NCBI RefSeq assembly: GCF_006345805.1
Contig: NC_043004.1
Location: forward strand, 17,918,001-17,982,000
Direction of reading: 5' to 3'
Length of the DNA stretch: 64,000 bases
From: Octopus sinensis
Taxonomy: Eukaryota
In this document: positions 52,050 to 63,992 of the stretch, in pieces
Layout of the letters: each line of letters starts with the position of its first letter
Position numbering within the stretch: position 1 is the first letter of the stretch
Position numbers and translations under genes: made by a program
The notes under the pieces: model-generated
The model's database searches: none
Seen by the model: the letters and a program-made list of their open reading frames with translations, nothing else
What the model was told of the DNA's origin: nothing

Positions 52050-52540
52050 CTCTCCATCTATAGAGACCTTTTTTCTGAGAAGACAGCCTCTTAGTCAACA
52101 ATATGAAACCCAACACTATAGACATATCTAAGAAAAATCTTATTACCCCACCTTAGCCAATTCAACACAGATTTCACCATTAACACCAATTGCAAAAGTT
52201 TAAATTCTAGACGTAACCTCATCGTTGAGATGTATCATCGTCACGTTTTTTTTCTATAAGTATTTCCCTGGTCATTGCTCTAAGCTTTGCCGTCTAATAC
52301 CCTTTATCACAACTTCTAAAGGTATCTCCCGCTTCTCTTCCCAGGTGCATTATTCTTCTGTTGAGCTATCTGTTAATCTTATGTCCTTTTATTCTAATAG
52401 CTACTTTCTGCGAACTGCTACTCTCCGGAATTCCTTACCATTGTCTTGTTTTCTTCTGGTCTATGATATTAAGTCCTGTAATCTTTTCGTCAATCGACAA
52501 TTTTTTTTAATTTGTAGACCCTTTCTTTCTGTTTCTTTCT
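52050..52540 (+). mobile_element. CR1/L2-type LINE 3' coding remnant
   Basis: FFYKYFPGHCS..YSNSYFLRTATLRNSLP..Y..VNR resembles the FY.Y.HG.CS..SF.PRT..LWNSLP tail of CR1-like ORF2. Confidence 0.65.
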
Positions 52541-53097
52541 TTTTTTTTGTAGACCTTCTTGTTTGAGAGAAACTTGTGTAAAAACGAAACCCCTATTACT
52601 CGCCATTATTCGCCAGTTAAATCTGCAATAGATCTACTGTATCAAACTATTCAAATCTCATTTAAAATGCACAAATTCCCACAGAACATAAAAATAGCAC
52701 TTCACGTTTCAAGACTTTCTTACACCCAATCTTTCCTCAATGCTAACAGTCGCTTCTACATCGAAGCTATAAAAGGGCAGGATCTTTAATGATAAAAATA
52801 AACATATAAACTTTTTATTTCTTATGGTCTAAATGTTTTGTTTATTTACTTTCCATTTTTCTTCTTTACAAAGTCGAAAAGTTATTTTCATTATTGAGAA
52901 CGTATACATGAAAATTGATTGGTATCTTATGTCTTAATTCTAAACATTTTCGTCTGGAATAACACTCATGCCATAGAGAAACCATCTAAAAGACAGACGA
53001 TGGAGAAACTGATGATGGTAGCAGAAAAGATGTTTGCGATACTGAAAGCAAAGTCAATTACAATTTAGTTTGCAATAATCAAAAGAATATTTTAAAG

Positions 53098-53495
53098 GAG
53101 GCGAGTTGGCAGAAACGTTAGTACGCCAGGCGAAATGCTTAGCGGTATTTCGTCTGCCGTTACGTTCTGAGTTCAAATTCCTCCGAGGTCGACTTTGCCT
53201 TTCATCCTTTCGGGGTCGATAAATTAAGCACCAGCTACGGACTGGGGTCGATGTAATCGACTTAATCCGTTTGTCTGTCCTTGTTTGTCCTCTCTGTGTT
53301 TAACCCCTTGTGGGTAGTAAAGAAATAGGTATTTCGTCTGTCTTTACGTTCTGAATTCAAATCACGCTTAGGTCGACTTTGCCTTTCATCCTTTCGGAGT
53401 CGATAAATTAAGTACCAGCTGCGTACTGGGTCGATCTAATCAATTGGTCCCCTTCCCAAAACTTTCGGGGCCTTGTGACTAGAGTAGAAAAGAAT
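53098..53495 (+). mobile_element. SINE family C with internal duplication
   Basis: Same architecture as 29393-29815. Confidence 0.9.
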
Positions 53496-53699
53496 TAAAA
53501 TAATCAAGGGCAGATAAATCTTTTCAATAACTAAAATTTTTTAAACGTATTCAAATAATAGGGTTTATTAAGGCTGAACAACTTACACAGAGGCACGCGA
53601 GCACAAACACATACACACACTCACACATAGATCACAAACAAAATGACGACTTCTACTATTTATAAAATTACTATCTTGATATAAATATTTTGAATGAGA

Positions 53700-53985
53700 T
53701 CTAGGGGGGTGACGATCCCTCGGTTACGACGTCGGGAAGTGTCTGAGCATTCGACAGATACGCGAACCCTGAACGTAGATTTCAAAGATATTCAGCACGA
53801 CACAGAATGTGAAAAGACTGGCCCTTTGAAATACAGGGACAACTCATCTTTACAAGCTGAGTGGACTGAAGCAACGGGAAATAAAGTGTCTTGCTCAAGG
53901 ACACAAAGCGCCGCCAGGCATCGAACTCACGATCATACGAATGTAAGCCGAATACACTAACCGCTCAGTCACGCGCCTTCATGCA
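53700..53985 (-). mobile_element. SINE family B
   Basis: GAAGGCGCGTGACTGAGCGGTTAGTGTATTCGGCTTAC..GTGAGTTCGATGCC head on the minus strand. Confidence 0.82.
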
Positions 53986-54087
53986 TGAAGATATGTGGAT
54001 GAAAGTAAAAATCTGTATAAATATTCAACATGTATAAGTACCTCTATAAATATAGTAAATATCCCCTGCACCATATATATATATATA

Positions 54088-55745
54088 CTAGCATTATGAC
54101 CCGTCGTTGCCGGGTGCTAGTGCATGTAAATATGTGTATATATATATATGTGTACATATTACATGTACATCTATATATATACATCTACACATAAAATACA
54201 AAATACAAAGTTATATCTTGATATCGCTAGTGATAACAATACTCAAAATATATAACAGACTGGAATTGTAGGCCCGTCTCTTGCAATTTCAATCAATTGT
54301 ATCTTGTCCTCCCTCTTGTATAGAAGTGTGGCTACAATCCAGCCTACCTCTACTTCTGGGGGGACATTTTAAATTTTTATCCGAGACGTCCTACGTCCCA
54401 GATATAAAGGTAAAAATAAAATATTTCCACTTTGCAAGGTTCGAGTCGAGTACTCCCTTGCACGCTCCGTTGACTCGAACCCTGCTTCTATTGTGGCGAA
54501 TTTACCGCCTCTGGTTAGATATCTTTCATAGTCGCACCAAGACACGTTTCGATGGTGCTTTCCTCCAGGTGTTCAAATCTTTTTTTTTTCTGTATATTGT
54601 ATATTTTATAGACAATAGTCTTTTCTTTAATTTAATTTTTTATTTCGCTTGGTGGTGTTATCCTAGATTCACCGTCTTTGTCGGTGATCAATCCGTATTT
54701 CTTCCATTTTAATTTCAATGAATTCACGCCCGCCGACGGCTGCAGCGAAATTCATTTTTAGACTTCCGTATAAACGGTGAAAATATTGTCAATTTCCTCA
54801 AACAGGGACACAATTCAATTTTAAACAATAACCAAAGCTCCTTCTCCCAAAGGGGGAGGGTTACAGTTTACAATTATTTAACAAATGCAACACAACAATC
54901 TTTCCTTTATGAGGAACCAACAAACGTGATAACAATAGTTAAACAGTAATAATAATAACAAACCTTACGATGAATCAGAAAGAAGTAAGCAGTTGAAGCT
55001 TTAGTCCTTTATGTATAAGAAATAAACCAACAGGAGCGGCTGTTCGAGAAAACAGACATTACATACAGTCAAACTTCATATAGATACTTAATGCTAGCTA
55101 ATTAGCAGATAATTCAATGTAAAAGCACAGCTCCATCTGGACTATTCCCTTTCTGCACGCTAATTTTATTTTTAATTTATTCCCATTCATGTGAAACCAC
55201 TTATTCAAGTTCAAGTCATTGATGCAATTTTATACCAATTGCTATTTTTACTTCTGTTGTGTTACGATTATATTATACTTTAGTTTGATTTTAATTATTA
55301 CTTACTACATATAATTCAATTGTTATTATTATTTTTATTGTTAAAGTGAAAGCATCTGACATAAAATAGAGAAATGTTTTTGTTTCACTTTTAACACGTA
55401 ATACTGAAATAGTGGAGAAGATATGATATTGCTATGGGCTCGCTCTAGGCAAGAAGTTGAACATTTGTTTTGCCCATGAAACTATATGGGCCCTAAGTAA
55501 GGCATATATAAAATTTGAATGGAATTGGTTGTGTAGTTCTCTAGTTTTAGGGAATCGTAGTGGAGAAGATATGATATTGCTGTGGGCTGGCCCTAGGCAA
55601 AAGGTTAAGAATTTTATTTGACGATGACACTCCCCGGACCCTAAGTAAGGCATATGTAAAATTTGAATGAAATTGGTTGTGTAGTTCTCAAGTTTTAGGG
55701 AAACACACAGACAGACAGACACACATTCTCAGTTTTATATATATA
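54088..55745 (-). mobile_element. Putative larger non-autonomous Helitron
   Basis: 5'-like TATATATAAAACTGAGAATG at ~55744; 3' hairpin CCCGGCAACGACGGG plus CTAG at 54088; internal ~130-bp duplication at 55400-55700. Confidence 0.55.
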
Positions 55746-56382
55746 CTAGCAGTATCGCCCGGCGTTGCTCGGGTTTGTAAGGGAAATAACTATATAAGCA
55801 TTTTTAGAGAGTTATAGCCAAAAAATAGCAAAAAATGCATTAAAAATGGAAAAAATATGATGGTAAATTTTTTTTTTAAATCGTTGACTCATCGTAGACA
55901 TTTTTAGAGAGTTACTTCCCTTATATAATAGCGAAAAATGCATTAAAATGGAAAAAAAAACGATGGTAATTTTTTTTTAAATCGTAGACTCATGTAGACG
56001 CTTTCTTAGCCATTTCTGTTTTGGTGTCTTCAAGCCATGAAGTCGTTGTTCTAAAAGAACACTGGTCTCCTTGACAACGCATTACGACGTTGATTTCCTT
56101 ACACTCCCTTCCCCACAGGTGCAGGTGTGAGCGTGGACGCCAACTCCGCCGCCATCGACACACGAAAAATTATGCATTAAAATGGAATAAAAAATGATGT
56201 TAAATTATTTTTAAAATCGTAGACCCATCGTAGACGCGCGCTAATATTCAGACGGGCTCGATATGAATCACGACTATAAGCTACCCGAATTTGGTTAAAC
56301 TGTACCGCAAAATGTGGGAGTAGTTAGGAATCTAAATCGAAGGGGACAGACACTCACACAACTATAATTTTATATATATAGA
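55746..56382 (-). mobile_element. Non-autonomous Helitron (family of 35858-36374)
   Basis: TCTATATATATAAAA 5' end; CCCGAGCAACGCCGGG..CTAG 3' end. Confidence 0.87.
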
Positions 56383-56439
56383 TATACATAGCGCAGTAGT
56401 GGTGAGATATGACAGCAAAGAAAAGCATACATTCACTCT

Positions 56440-56790
56440 CTGCATGCAATTAGACTTGGAAAGTTCGTGAGGAACCCATTGACCCAATTTGCTGACTTTT
56501 CCGATAGCACACAGGTCTCAATGAATGGTTGAATGACCAAATCCAAGCTTCTCTGCTAGTTCCTCAACAGTTACGATGATATTTTGTTCCACCAGGGTTT
56601 TCAGGATGTCCTTGTCGAGTTCTACAGATCTTTCAGGATGAGGCTCGTCTTCTAGGCTGTAGTTTATGGCTCGGGATTTCTGGAACCACCATTGACACTG
56701 CCTTACGCTTATTGTCCAATCCCCATATACTGCATTAATATTTCTTGTACTTTGCACACATTTATATTCTGTTATTCTTTTATATGTTTC
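56440..56790 (-). mobile_element. Mariner transposase N-terminal fragment
   Basis: INAVYGD..SVRQCQWWFQK..SLEDEP..TVEELAEKLG..GKVSKLGQWVPHELS. Confidence 0.88.
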
Positions 56791-57109
56791 AGCTTGAGGT
56801 TGTGGCCATGCTGGATCATGTGTGTGTGTGTGTGTCTATCTGTCTGTCTGTCTGTATGTATATATGTATATGTATGTGTGTGAACAATAATATTTTCAAC
56901 AGATGTGTTGCAAATGTATCTGATTGTTCTCAAGCTTCAATACTGTGTGTGTATGTGTGTGTGTGTATGTATGTATGTATATGTATGTATGTATGTTGTA
57001 TATGTATGTATGTATGTATGTGTGTATGTATGTATGTGTGTGTATGTATGTGTGTGTATGTGTGTATGTATGTATGTATGTATGTATGTATGTATGAGTG
57101 TATGTTTAC

Positions 57110-58830
57110 TTTATTACTAATTACTCTCTTCCAAGAACATTTCCACTCACTCTTAGCTCTTAGCTTCCCATACATTTTACTCATGTATCTATCAGCGTCA
57201 TAGACAGAATACTTTCACTTTAGTCTTCCTCAAATCACTCTGTCGCTATTTACTTTCATTTTATTCGTTGCCCACTGTGTGTGTGCGTTTGCGTGTGGTG
57301 TAAACCAGACTAAGAAAAGCATTTGACACACACACCAGAATGTGAGTTTTCTGTAAATTTTGCTTAATTGGAGTTTAAATTTTAAAAACTGGACCTGGCA
57401 TGACGCGATGCATTGTACTCTCAAAAATGCTAGGTAAATTGTAATTGAAGAAATCCTATATTGTAGATTTCTATAACTCCCAAAGGGAGGCAGATAAAAT
57501 CTGCCTTTTATAATAAGAGATATATGTGTGTGTGTGGTGTGTGTATGCATATACGTATATGTGTGTGTCTATATATTTGTACGTATATATATTTATATAT
57601 AGATTTTTATATATATACTAGCAGTATCGCCCGGCGTTGCTCGGGTTGTAAGGGAAATAACTATATAAGCATTTTTAGAGAGTTATAGCCAAAAAATAGC
57701 AAAAAAATGCATTAAAAATTGAAAAAAAATTAAGTTAAATTTTTTTTTTAAATCGTTGACACATCGTAGATATTTTTAGAGAGTTACTTCCCTTATATAA
57801 AAGCGAAAAAAATGCATTAAAATGGAAAAATATGATGGTAAATTTTTTAAAATCGTAGTAGACTCATCGTAGACGCGCGCTAATACCCAGAAGGCTCGAT
57901 ATGAATCACGACTATAAGATACCGGCTTTTGGTTAAACTGCACCGCAAAATGTGGAGTAGTTACGAATCTAAATCGAAGGGGACAGACACACAACTTCAC
58001 TCTTATATAAAGATGGGTTTTTTTTTCAGTCATACAGTTAGATTTATGAAGGTCTTCAGTAGAAAATCCTTCGAATTCTGACTCGCTGCTTGATATAATG
58101 AAATTCGTATCCATTTTTTGTCAGAATTACAAATTTTGAAAACACAATAGGAACAAATTTCGGAAAAAAATCTCCCATAATTCACGGAATTAAAATTACA
58201 CTTCGATTTGTTACAAAACTGTATTTGAAGTGTTTACGAAGTATAATACGTGTTTTCACGAATGTACTAAAGAGATTTACTCTGATATTCTCATTTAAAT
58301 ATGAATAGGTAAATTCGGGCGGTTTGGTAACAAAAGGGTTTATATAAGTGTCGTCTGTTTATACATAAACACTGTTTCATACTTTCAGTTTAGTCTTGCT
58401 CAAATCACTCGCTAATTTACTCTCTTCCAAGAACATTTTCACTCACTGTTATCTGTTAGCTTCCCATACATTTTACTCATGTATCTATCAGCGTCATAGA
58501 CAGAAACAAATATTACATTTACTTTCATTTTATTCGTCGCACACTGTGTGTGTGCGTTTGCGTGTGGTGTAAACCAGACTAAGAAAAGCATTTGACACAC
58601 ACACCAGAATGTGAGTTTTCTGTAAATTTTGCTTAATTGGAGTTTAAATTTTAAAAACTAGACCTGGTAATGCTAGGTAAAACTGGACCTGGTAATGCTA
58701 GGTAAATTGTAAATTGTAAATTGTAATTGAAGAAATCCTATATTGTAATTGTAATTGAAGAAATCCTATATTGTAGATTTCTATAACTCCCAAAGGGAGG
58801 CAGATAAAATCTGCCTTTTATAATAAGAGA
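57110..58830. repeat. ~410-bp direct repeat pair (57110-57520, 58415-58830), Helitron-like 5' ends on minus
   Basis: Both end in GGCAGATAAAATCTGCC hairpin + TTTTATAATAAGAGA (minus strand TCTCTTATTATAAAA); second copy has small internal duplications. Confidence 0.75.
57618..58013 (-). mobile_element. Non-autonomous Helitron, internally deleted
   Basis: CTAG at 57618 plus hairpin; 5' TCTTTATATAA. Confidence 0.83.
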
Positions 58831-58963
58831 TATATGTATGTATATATATGTATAGATATGTATATACATAGTATAATATATATATAATATATATATATAT
58901 ATAATTATATATATATATAATATAATATATATAGAATATATATATATATAATTATATAGAAGG

Positions 58964-59013
58964 AGCTTCTACAGGACTGAACTGTTTCATTCAAGAGAAA
59001 TCTTCAGGAAGCT
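58964..59013 (-). ncRNA. Type I hammerhead fold (left arm)
   Basis: AGCTTC-CTGAAGA-TTTC(TCTT)GAAT-GAAAC-AG(TTCAGTC)CT-GTA-GAAGCT. Confidence 0.7.
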
Positions 59014-59113
59014 AGGTAACAAGAATTGTATGGCATTTAACATTTAGCAGGTATGACAGCAAATGTATAAATGCTGCCTAAATGTATAAATGCCAATACA
59101 ATTCTTGTTAACT

Positions 59114-59164
59114 AGCTTCCTGAAGATTTCTCTTGAATGAAACAGTTCTAGTCCTGTAGAAGCT
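59114..59164 (+). ncRNA. Type I hammerhead fold (right arm)
   Basis: Stem I AGCTTC/GAAGCT, CTGAAGA 59120-59126, GAAA 59139-59142, stem III ACAG/CTGT, GTA 59156-59158. Confidence 0.7.
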
Positions 59165-59264
59165 CCTTCTATATAATAAATTAATTTTACTCTGCTATGT
59201 ATTGAGTACCTTATTTACTGTGGTTAACCCCGAATCAACCCGGGACCTACATATATATTATATA

Positions 59265-59297
<33 letters not shown>

Positions 59298-59677
59298 GCA
59301 TGTATAGAGAGCGAGAGACAAACAGACAGGATGATGCAGATGAATACGCTTGGGCTTGATATACAAAATATCCATACATATACACATGTAAATATATACA
59401 TATATATCCACACACCACACACACTCACACAAAGTATGGAGCTTAGCTCACAGGTAAACGATTAGGTACGCTAGGTAGGTGCTGTAACGGATCACTAGGG
59501 CTCCAAGGTTGTAGCCGAGAGGTAGTTATGGAGCCTGTTCAGATTTCCGATATAGCGGATATATATAAAATTACGCCTTCGAAAAGCGGGATAGATGAAA
59601 CAGGGACAACTGAAGAAGGGGAATATTCTTTATATTGTATGTCTCGTTTCTCTGTTTGTTTGTTTTTTTTTGTTCGT

Positions 59678-59814
59678 TGTTTCCCCAAAATGTTCGTTTC
59701 TATGTTTTTGTTTTAATGTTTTCGTTTTTATGATGTCTAGTGACCCATATATGCATGCATATATATACATATATATAGGCCTGTACATATAGTATATATG
59801 CATATATTATATAT

Positions 59815-59871
<57 letters not shown>

Positions 59872-59994
59872 TATGCATATATACTATATGTACAGGCCTT
59901 ATATATATGTATATATATGCATGCATATATGGGTACTAGACATCATAAAAACGAAAACATTAAAACAAAAACATAGAAACGAACATTTTGGGGA

Positions 59995-59998
<4 letters not shown>
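59678..59998. repeat. Inverted duplication centred on an (AT)n tract
   Basis: About 135-bp arms (TGTTTCCCCAAAATG... / ...CATTTTGGGGAAACA) differing by small indels. Confidence 0.92.
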
Positions 59999-60047
<49 letters not shown>

Positions 60048-60297
60048 ATATATATATATATATATAGATATATATATGCATGCACATACTGACAAATAGA
60101 CACACACATACATATATAAGAAGAGCGCGAGAAAGAGTTAGAGAAAAAGAAATATACCAATATTTATTCATAAATTCATTATATTGCAGACTTAGCAGTT
60201 TAAAGTTCTACAGATGATAATACACAAACACTAAAGCACGTAAAACATACTGTCACAGCAGGAAACTATCTATCTATCTATCCATCTATCTATCTAC

Positions 60298-60334
<37 letters not shown>

Positions 60335-60359
60335 ATGTGTGTATGTATGTATGTATGTA

Positions 60360-60393
<34 letters not shown>

Positions 60394-60514
60394 CAATTAA
60401 GGAACGGCCATAATAGGCCATTCACCCCACTAGAAATAACAGCCAAAGCGCTTTCCCCGCAAATAAAGATCAATTCCGTAAACAGGAGAAAATTAAAAAA
60501 ACATTTACCCTGTA

Positions 60515-60621
60515 ATTTCTTGTACGGTATACCGTTTCATCCACTGTTTAATGGTAAACTAACCTGATTAAATTAAATCAAGCCAATCCTCCATAAGCCC
60601 TCGGATTCTTCAGCAAGAAAT
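60515..60621 (-). ncRNA. Intact type I hammerhead ribozyme with large loop 2
   Basis: Stem I ATTTCTTG/CAAGAAAT (8 bp), CTGAAGA, stem II ATCC/GGAT (+G.T), GAAA, palindromic stem III ACGG-TATA-CCGT, GTA; predicted cut between 60523 and 60522. Confidence 0.9.
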
Positions 60622-61189
60622 AGCTCAAGTCGGGACAGATATATACACGAGGCATACCCAAACTTGCCAAGTCAATATCTGACCTAAAATTTTCAAATCG
60701 TCGCACTCGCGCCAAATTTATCGGCAGCAAATAGATGGAGGATTGGCTTTAATTTAATCAGGTTAGTTTACCATTAAACAGTGGATGAAACGGTATACCG
60801 TACAAGAAATTACAGGGTAAATGTTTTTTTAATTTTCTCCTGTTTACGGAATTGATCTTTATTTGCGGTAGAAGCTTTGGCTGTTATTTCTAGTGGGTGA
60901 ATGGCCTATTATGGCCGTTCCTTAATGTTAATGTGAACTTAAAAATGGTACTATGACTATTTAATTCTTTCCCGCTGGGCCGCTGGTGGCAATAAAATTC
61001 TACAAAATTTTCCTTGCCACCCTATATTGATTAATTATGAATTTTTGGTTAATTCCGTAATGGAATCGACGGCTGATATCTATTTGCTGCCGATAAATTG
61101 GCGCGAGTGCGACGATTTGAAAATTTTAGGTCAGATATTGACTTGGCAAGAGGGTATGCCTCGTGTATATATCTGTCCCGACTTGAGCT

Positions 61190-61294
61190 ATTTCTTGCTG
61201 AAGAATCCGAGGGCTTATGGAGGATTGGCTTGATTTAATTAATCAGGTTAGTTTACCATTAAACAGTGGATAAACGGTATACCGTACAAGAAAT
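61190..61294 (+). ncRNA. Hammerhead copy lacking the G of GAAA
   Basis: CTGAAGA at 61198-61204; reads GGATAAAC instead of GGATGAAAC; GTA at 61284-61286. Confidence 0.75.
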
Positions 61295-61674
61295 TACAGG
61301 GTAAATGTTTTTTTAATTTTCTCCTGTTTACGGAATTGATCTTTATTTGCGGTAGAGCTTAGAAGCTTGGCTGTTATTCTAGTGGGTGAATGGCCTATTA
61401 TGGCCGTTCCTTAATGTTAATGTTGAACTTAAAATGGTCTATGACTATTTAATTCTTTCCCGCTGGGCCGCTGGTGGCAATAAAATTCTACAAAATTTTC
61501 CTTGCCCTATATTGATTAATTATGAATTTTTTTGGTTATTCCGTAATGGAATCGACGGTGATATCTATTTGCTGCCGATAAATTTGCGCGAGTGCGACGA
61601 TTTGAAAATTTTAGGTCAGATATTGACTTGGCAAGATTGGGTATGCCTCGGTATATATCTGTCCCGACTTGAGC

Positions 61675-61776
61675 TATTTTGCTGAAGAATCCGAGGGCTT
61701 ATGGAGGATTGGCTTGATAATTTAATCAGTTAGTTTACCATTAAACAGTGGATGAAACGGATACCGTACAAGAAAT
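61675..61776 (+). ncRNA. Hammerhead copy with small deletions in stem I and loop 3
   Basis: CTGAAGA at 61682-61688; GAAAC-GG-ATA-CC-GTA (61766-61768). Confidence 0.75.
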
Positions 61777-62029
61777 TACAGGGTAAATGTTTTTTTAATT
61801 TTCTCCTGTTACGGAATTGATCTTATTTGCGGTAGAAGCTTTGGCGGTTATTTCTAGTGGGTGAATGGCCTATTATGGCCGTTCCTTAATTGTTAATGTT
61901 GAACTTAAAATGGTCTATGACTATTTAATTCTTTCCCGCTGGGCCCTGGTGGCAATAAAATCTACAAAATTTTCCTTGCCACCCTATATTGATAAATATA
62001 ATATATATATATATATATACTCTCTTTAC

Positions 62030-62436
62030 TCTTTACTCTTTTACTTGTTTCAGTCATCTGACTGCGGCCATGCTGGAGCACCACCTTTAATCGAGCAACT
62101 CGACCCCGGGACTTATTCTTATTGTAAGCCCAGTACTTATTATATCGGTCTCTTTTGCCGAACCGCTAAGTAACGGGGACATAGACACACCAGCATCGGT
62201 TGTCAAGCAATGCTAGGGGGACAAACACAGACACACAAACAAACACACATACATATATATATATACATATATACGACAGGCTTCTTTCAGTTTCCGTCTA
62301 CCAAATCCACTCACAAGGCATTGGTCGGCCCGGGGCTATAGCAGAAGACACTTGCCCAAGATGCCACGCAGTGGGACTGAACCCGGAACCATGTGGTTGG
62401 TTAGCAAGCTACTTACCACACAGCCACTCCTGCGCC

Positions 62437-62437
<1 letters not shown>
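62030..62437 (-). mobile_element. SINE family A, complete
   Basis: AGGCGCAGGAGTGGCTGTGTGGTAAG head on minus; body to ACTGAAACAAGTAAAAGAG. Confidence 0.92.
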
Positions 62438-62528
<91 letters not shown>

Positions 62529-62574
62529 TATATAATATATATATAATATATATATGTATAATATATACATAATA

Positions 62575-62651
<77 letters not shown>

Positions 62652-62749
62652 TATAGTTGTGCAAGGTCATTGAAATATAATGGCAACAGAAGTAGTACTG
62701 GTACCAAAATACAGTCTTTATATCCAGCTCATCATGGACGTTGTGTTAG

Positions 62750-62784
<35 letters not shown>

Positions 62785-63064
62785 ATATGTGCCTGTATGT
62801 ATATACGTATTTGTGTACATATGTGTGTGTTTGTGACTATACATACATATTGAATGTACGTTTTTCTCGATTCCACTCAGTTTGTTTTTTTTTGTTTCTT
62901 TTTTCATATTTCCATGTTAACAGCAAAAGACAGACGAGAAATATTTTTTGTTCTTTTTATATAGAATTAATTATACCAAATGGTTCATGCCATATTTTAC
63001 TATATTCCTCGATGAACAGCGACCAACTCTATTTCAGCCGTCCGTTCATTCTAGATATAGACAT

Positions 63065-63225
63065 GTAGGTGTGGCTGTGTGGTAAGTAGCTTGCTTACCA
63101 ACCACATGGTTCCGGGTTCAGTCCCACTGCGTGACACCTTCGGCAAGTGTCTTCTACATTAGTCTTAAGTCGACCAAAGCCTTGTGAGCGGATTTGGTAG
63201 ACGGAAACTGAAAGAAGCCCATCGT
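63065..63225 (+). mobile_element. SINE family A head
   Basis: Consensus head sequence. Confidence 0.9.
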
Positions 63226-63229
63226 ATAA

Positions 63230-63600
63230 TCTCTCTCTATATAAACGGCAGTTTGTCTGTCTGTGTGTCTGTGTGTCTGTCAGGTTGTACCCTCACCCTG
63301 ACCACGGCTTTCAACCGATTCTGATGAAACTTGACACACACATAGCCCAATGTCATAATTCAAAACTAACGCAGCGAAAATTTTGAAAAGTTCCCCCAGT
63401 TCTAAAAAAAATCGATAAATTCGATATGGGGTCGAGAATCAGAAACACAAACCACAGACTGTCTAGGGGACGCAACTCGACCTTTTTAATTCTCAAAAAA
63501 AATTTACCATCATTTTTTTTCCATTTTTTTGCTGCTTTTTGGCTATAACTCTCTAAAAATGCTTTATAGTTATTTCCCTTATAAACCCGAGCAACGCTAG
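63230..63600 (+). mobile_element. Non-autonomous Helitron-like element inserted where the SINE's internal microsatellite begins
   Basis: TCTCTCTCTATATAAA start; 3' part shared with the 35858 family, ending CCCGAGCAACG-CTAG (right arm of hairpin deleted). Confidence 0.7.
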
Positions 63601-63804
63601 TTGTATATATATATATGATACTGCTAGTTGTATATATATGTATGTGTATATGTTTGTGTGTCTGCGTTTGTCCCCCCCCCCCAACTTAGAGTTTTTTAGT
63701 TGTCACTCGTTGCTTTTCTAAACAGAATTTGCAGCTGAAATGATATTTGTTTTTATCACTGTAAGAAATAATTCTATTTAATTGAAATATTTTGTCGTCA
63801 TCGT

Positions 63805-63945
63805 AGGCGCAGGAGTAGCTGTGTGGTAAGTAGTTTGCTTAGCAACCACATGGTTCCAAGTTCAATCCCACTACGTGGTACCTTGGGCAAGTGTCTTCTG
63901 CTTGTGAGTGGTTTGGTAGACGGAAGCTCAAAGAAGCCGCCGCAT
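63805..63945 (+). mobile_element. SINE family A head with internal deletion
   Basis: AGGCGCAGGAGTAGCTGTGTGGTAAG... Confidence 0.88.
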
Positions 63946-63946
63946 A

Positions 63947-63992
<46 letters not shown>

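Larger units (their letters stand above)
58955..59175. mobile_element. (TA)n-flanked ~220-bp foldback element
   Basis: About 90-bp inverted arms separated by a ~30-bp spacer. Confidence 0.9.
60390..61993 (+). mobile_element. Retrozyme-like array: ~2.6 tandem 483-bp units with a 5' inverted copy
   Basis: GGAGGATTGGC at 60737, 61219 and 61703; 60390-60736 is the reverse complement of the unit; (TA)n at both ends; no long ORF. Confidence 0.9.

Noticed and set aside
59480-59640. GAAAC and CTGAAGA close together, plus small hairpins
   Set aside because: No arrangement gives stems I-III with an NUH triplet in type I, II or III topology.
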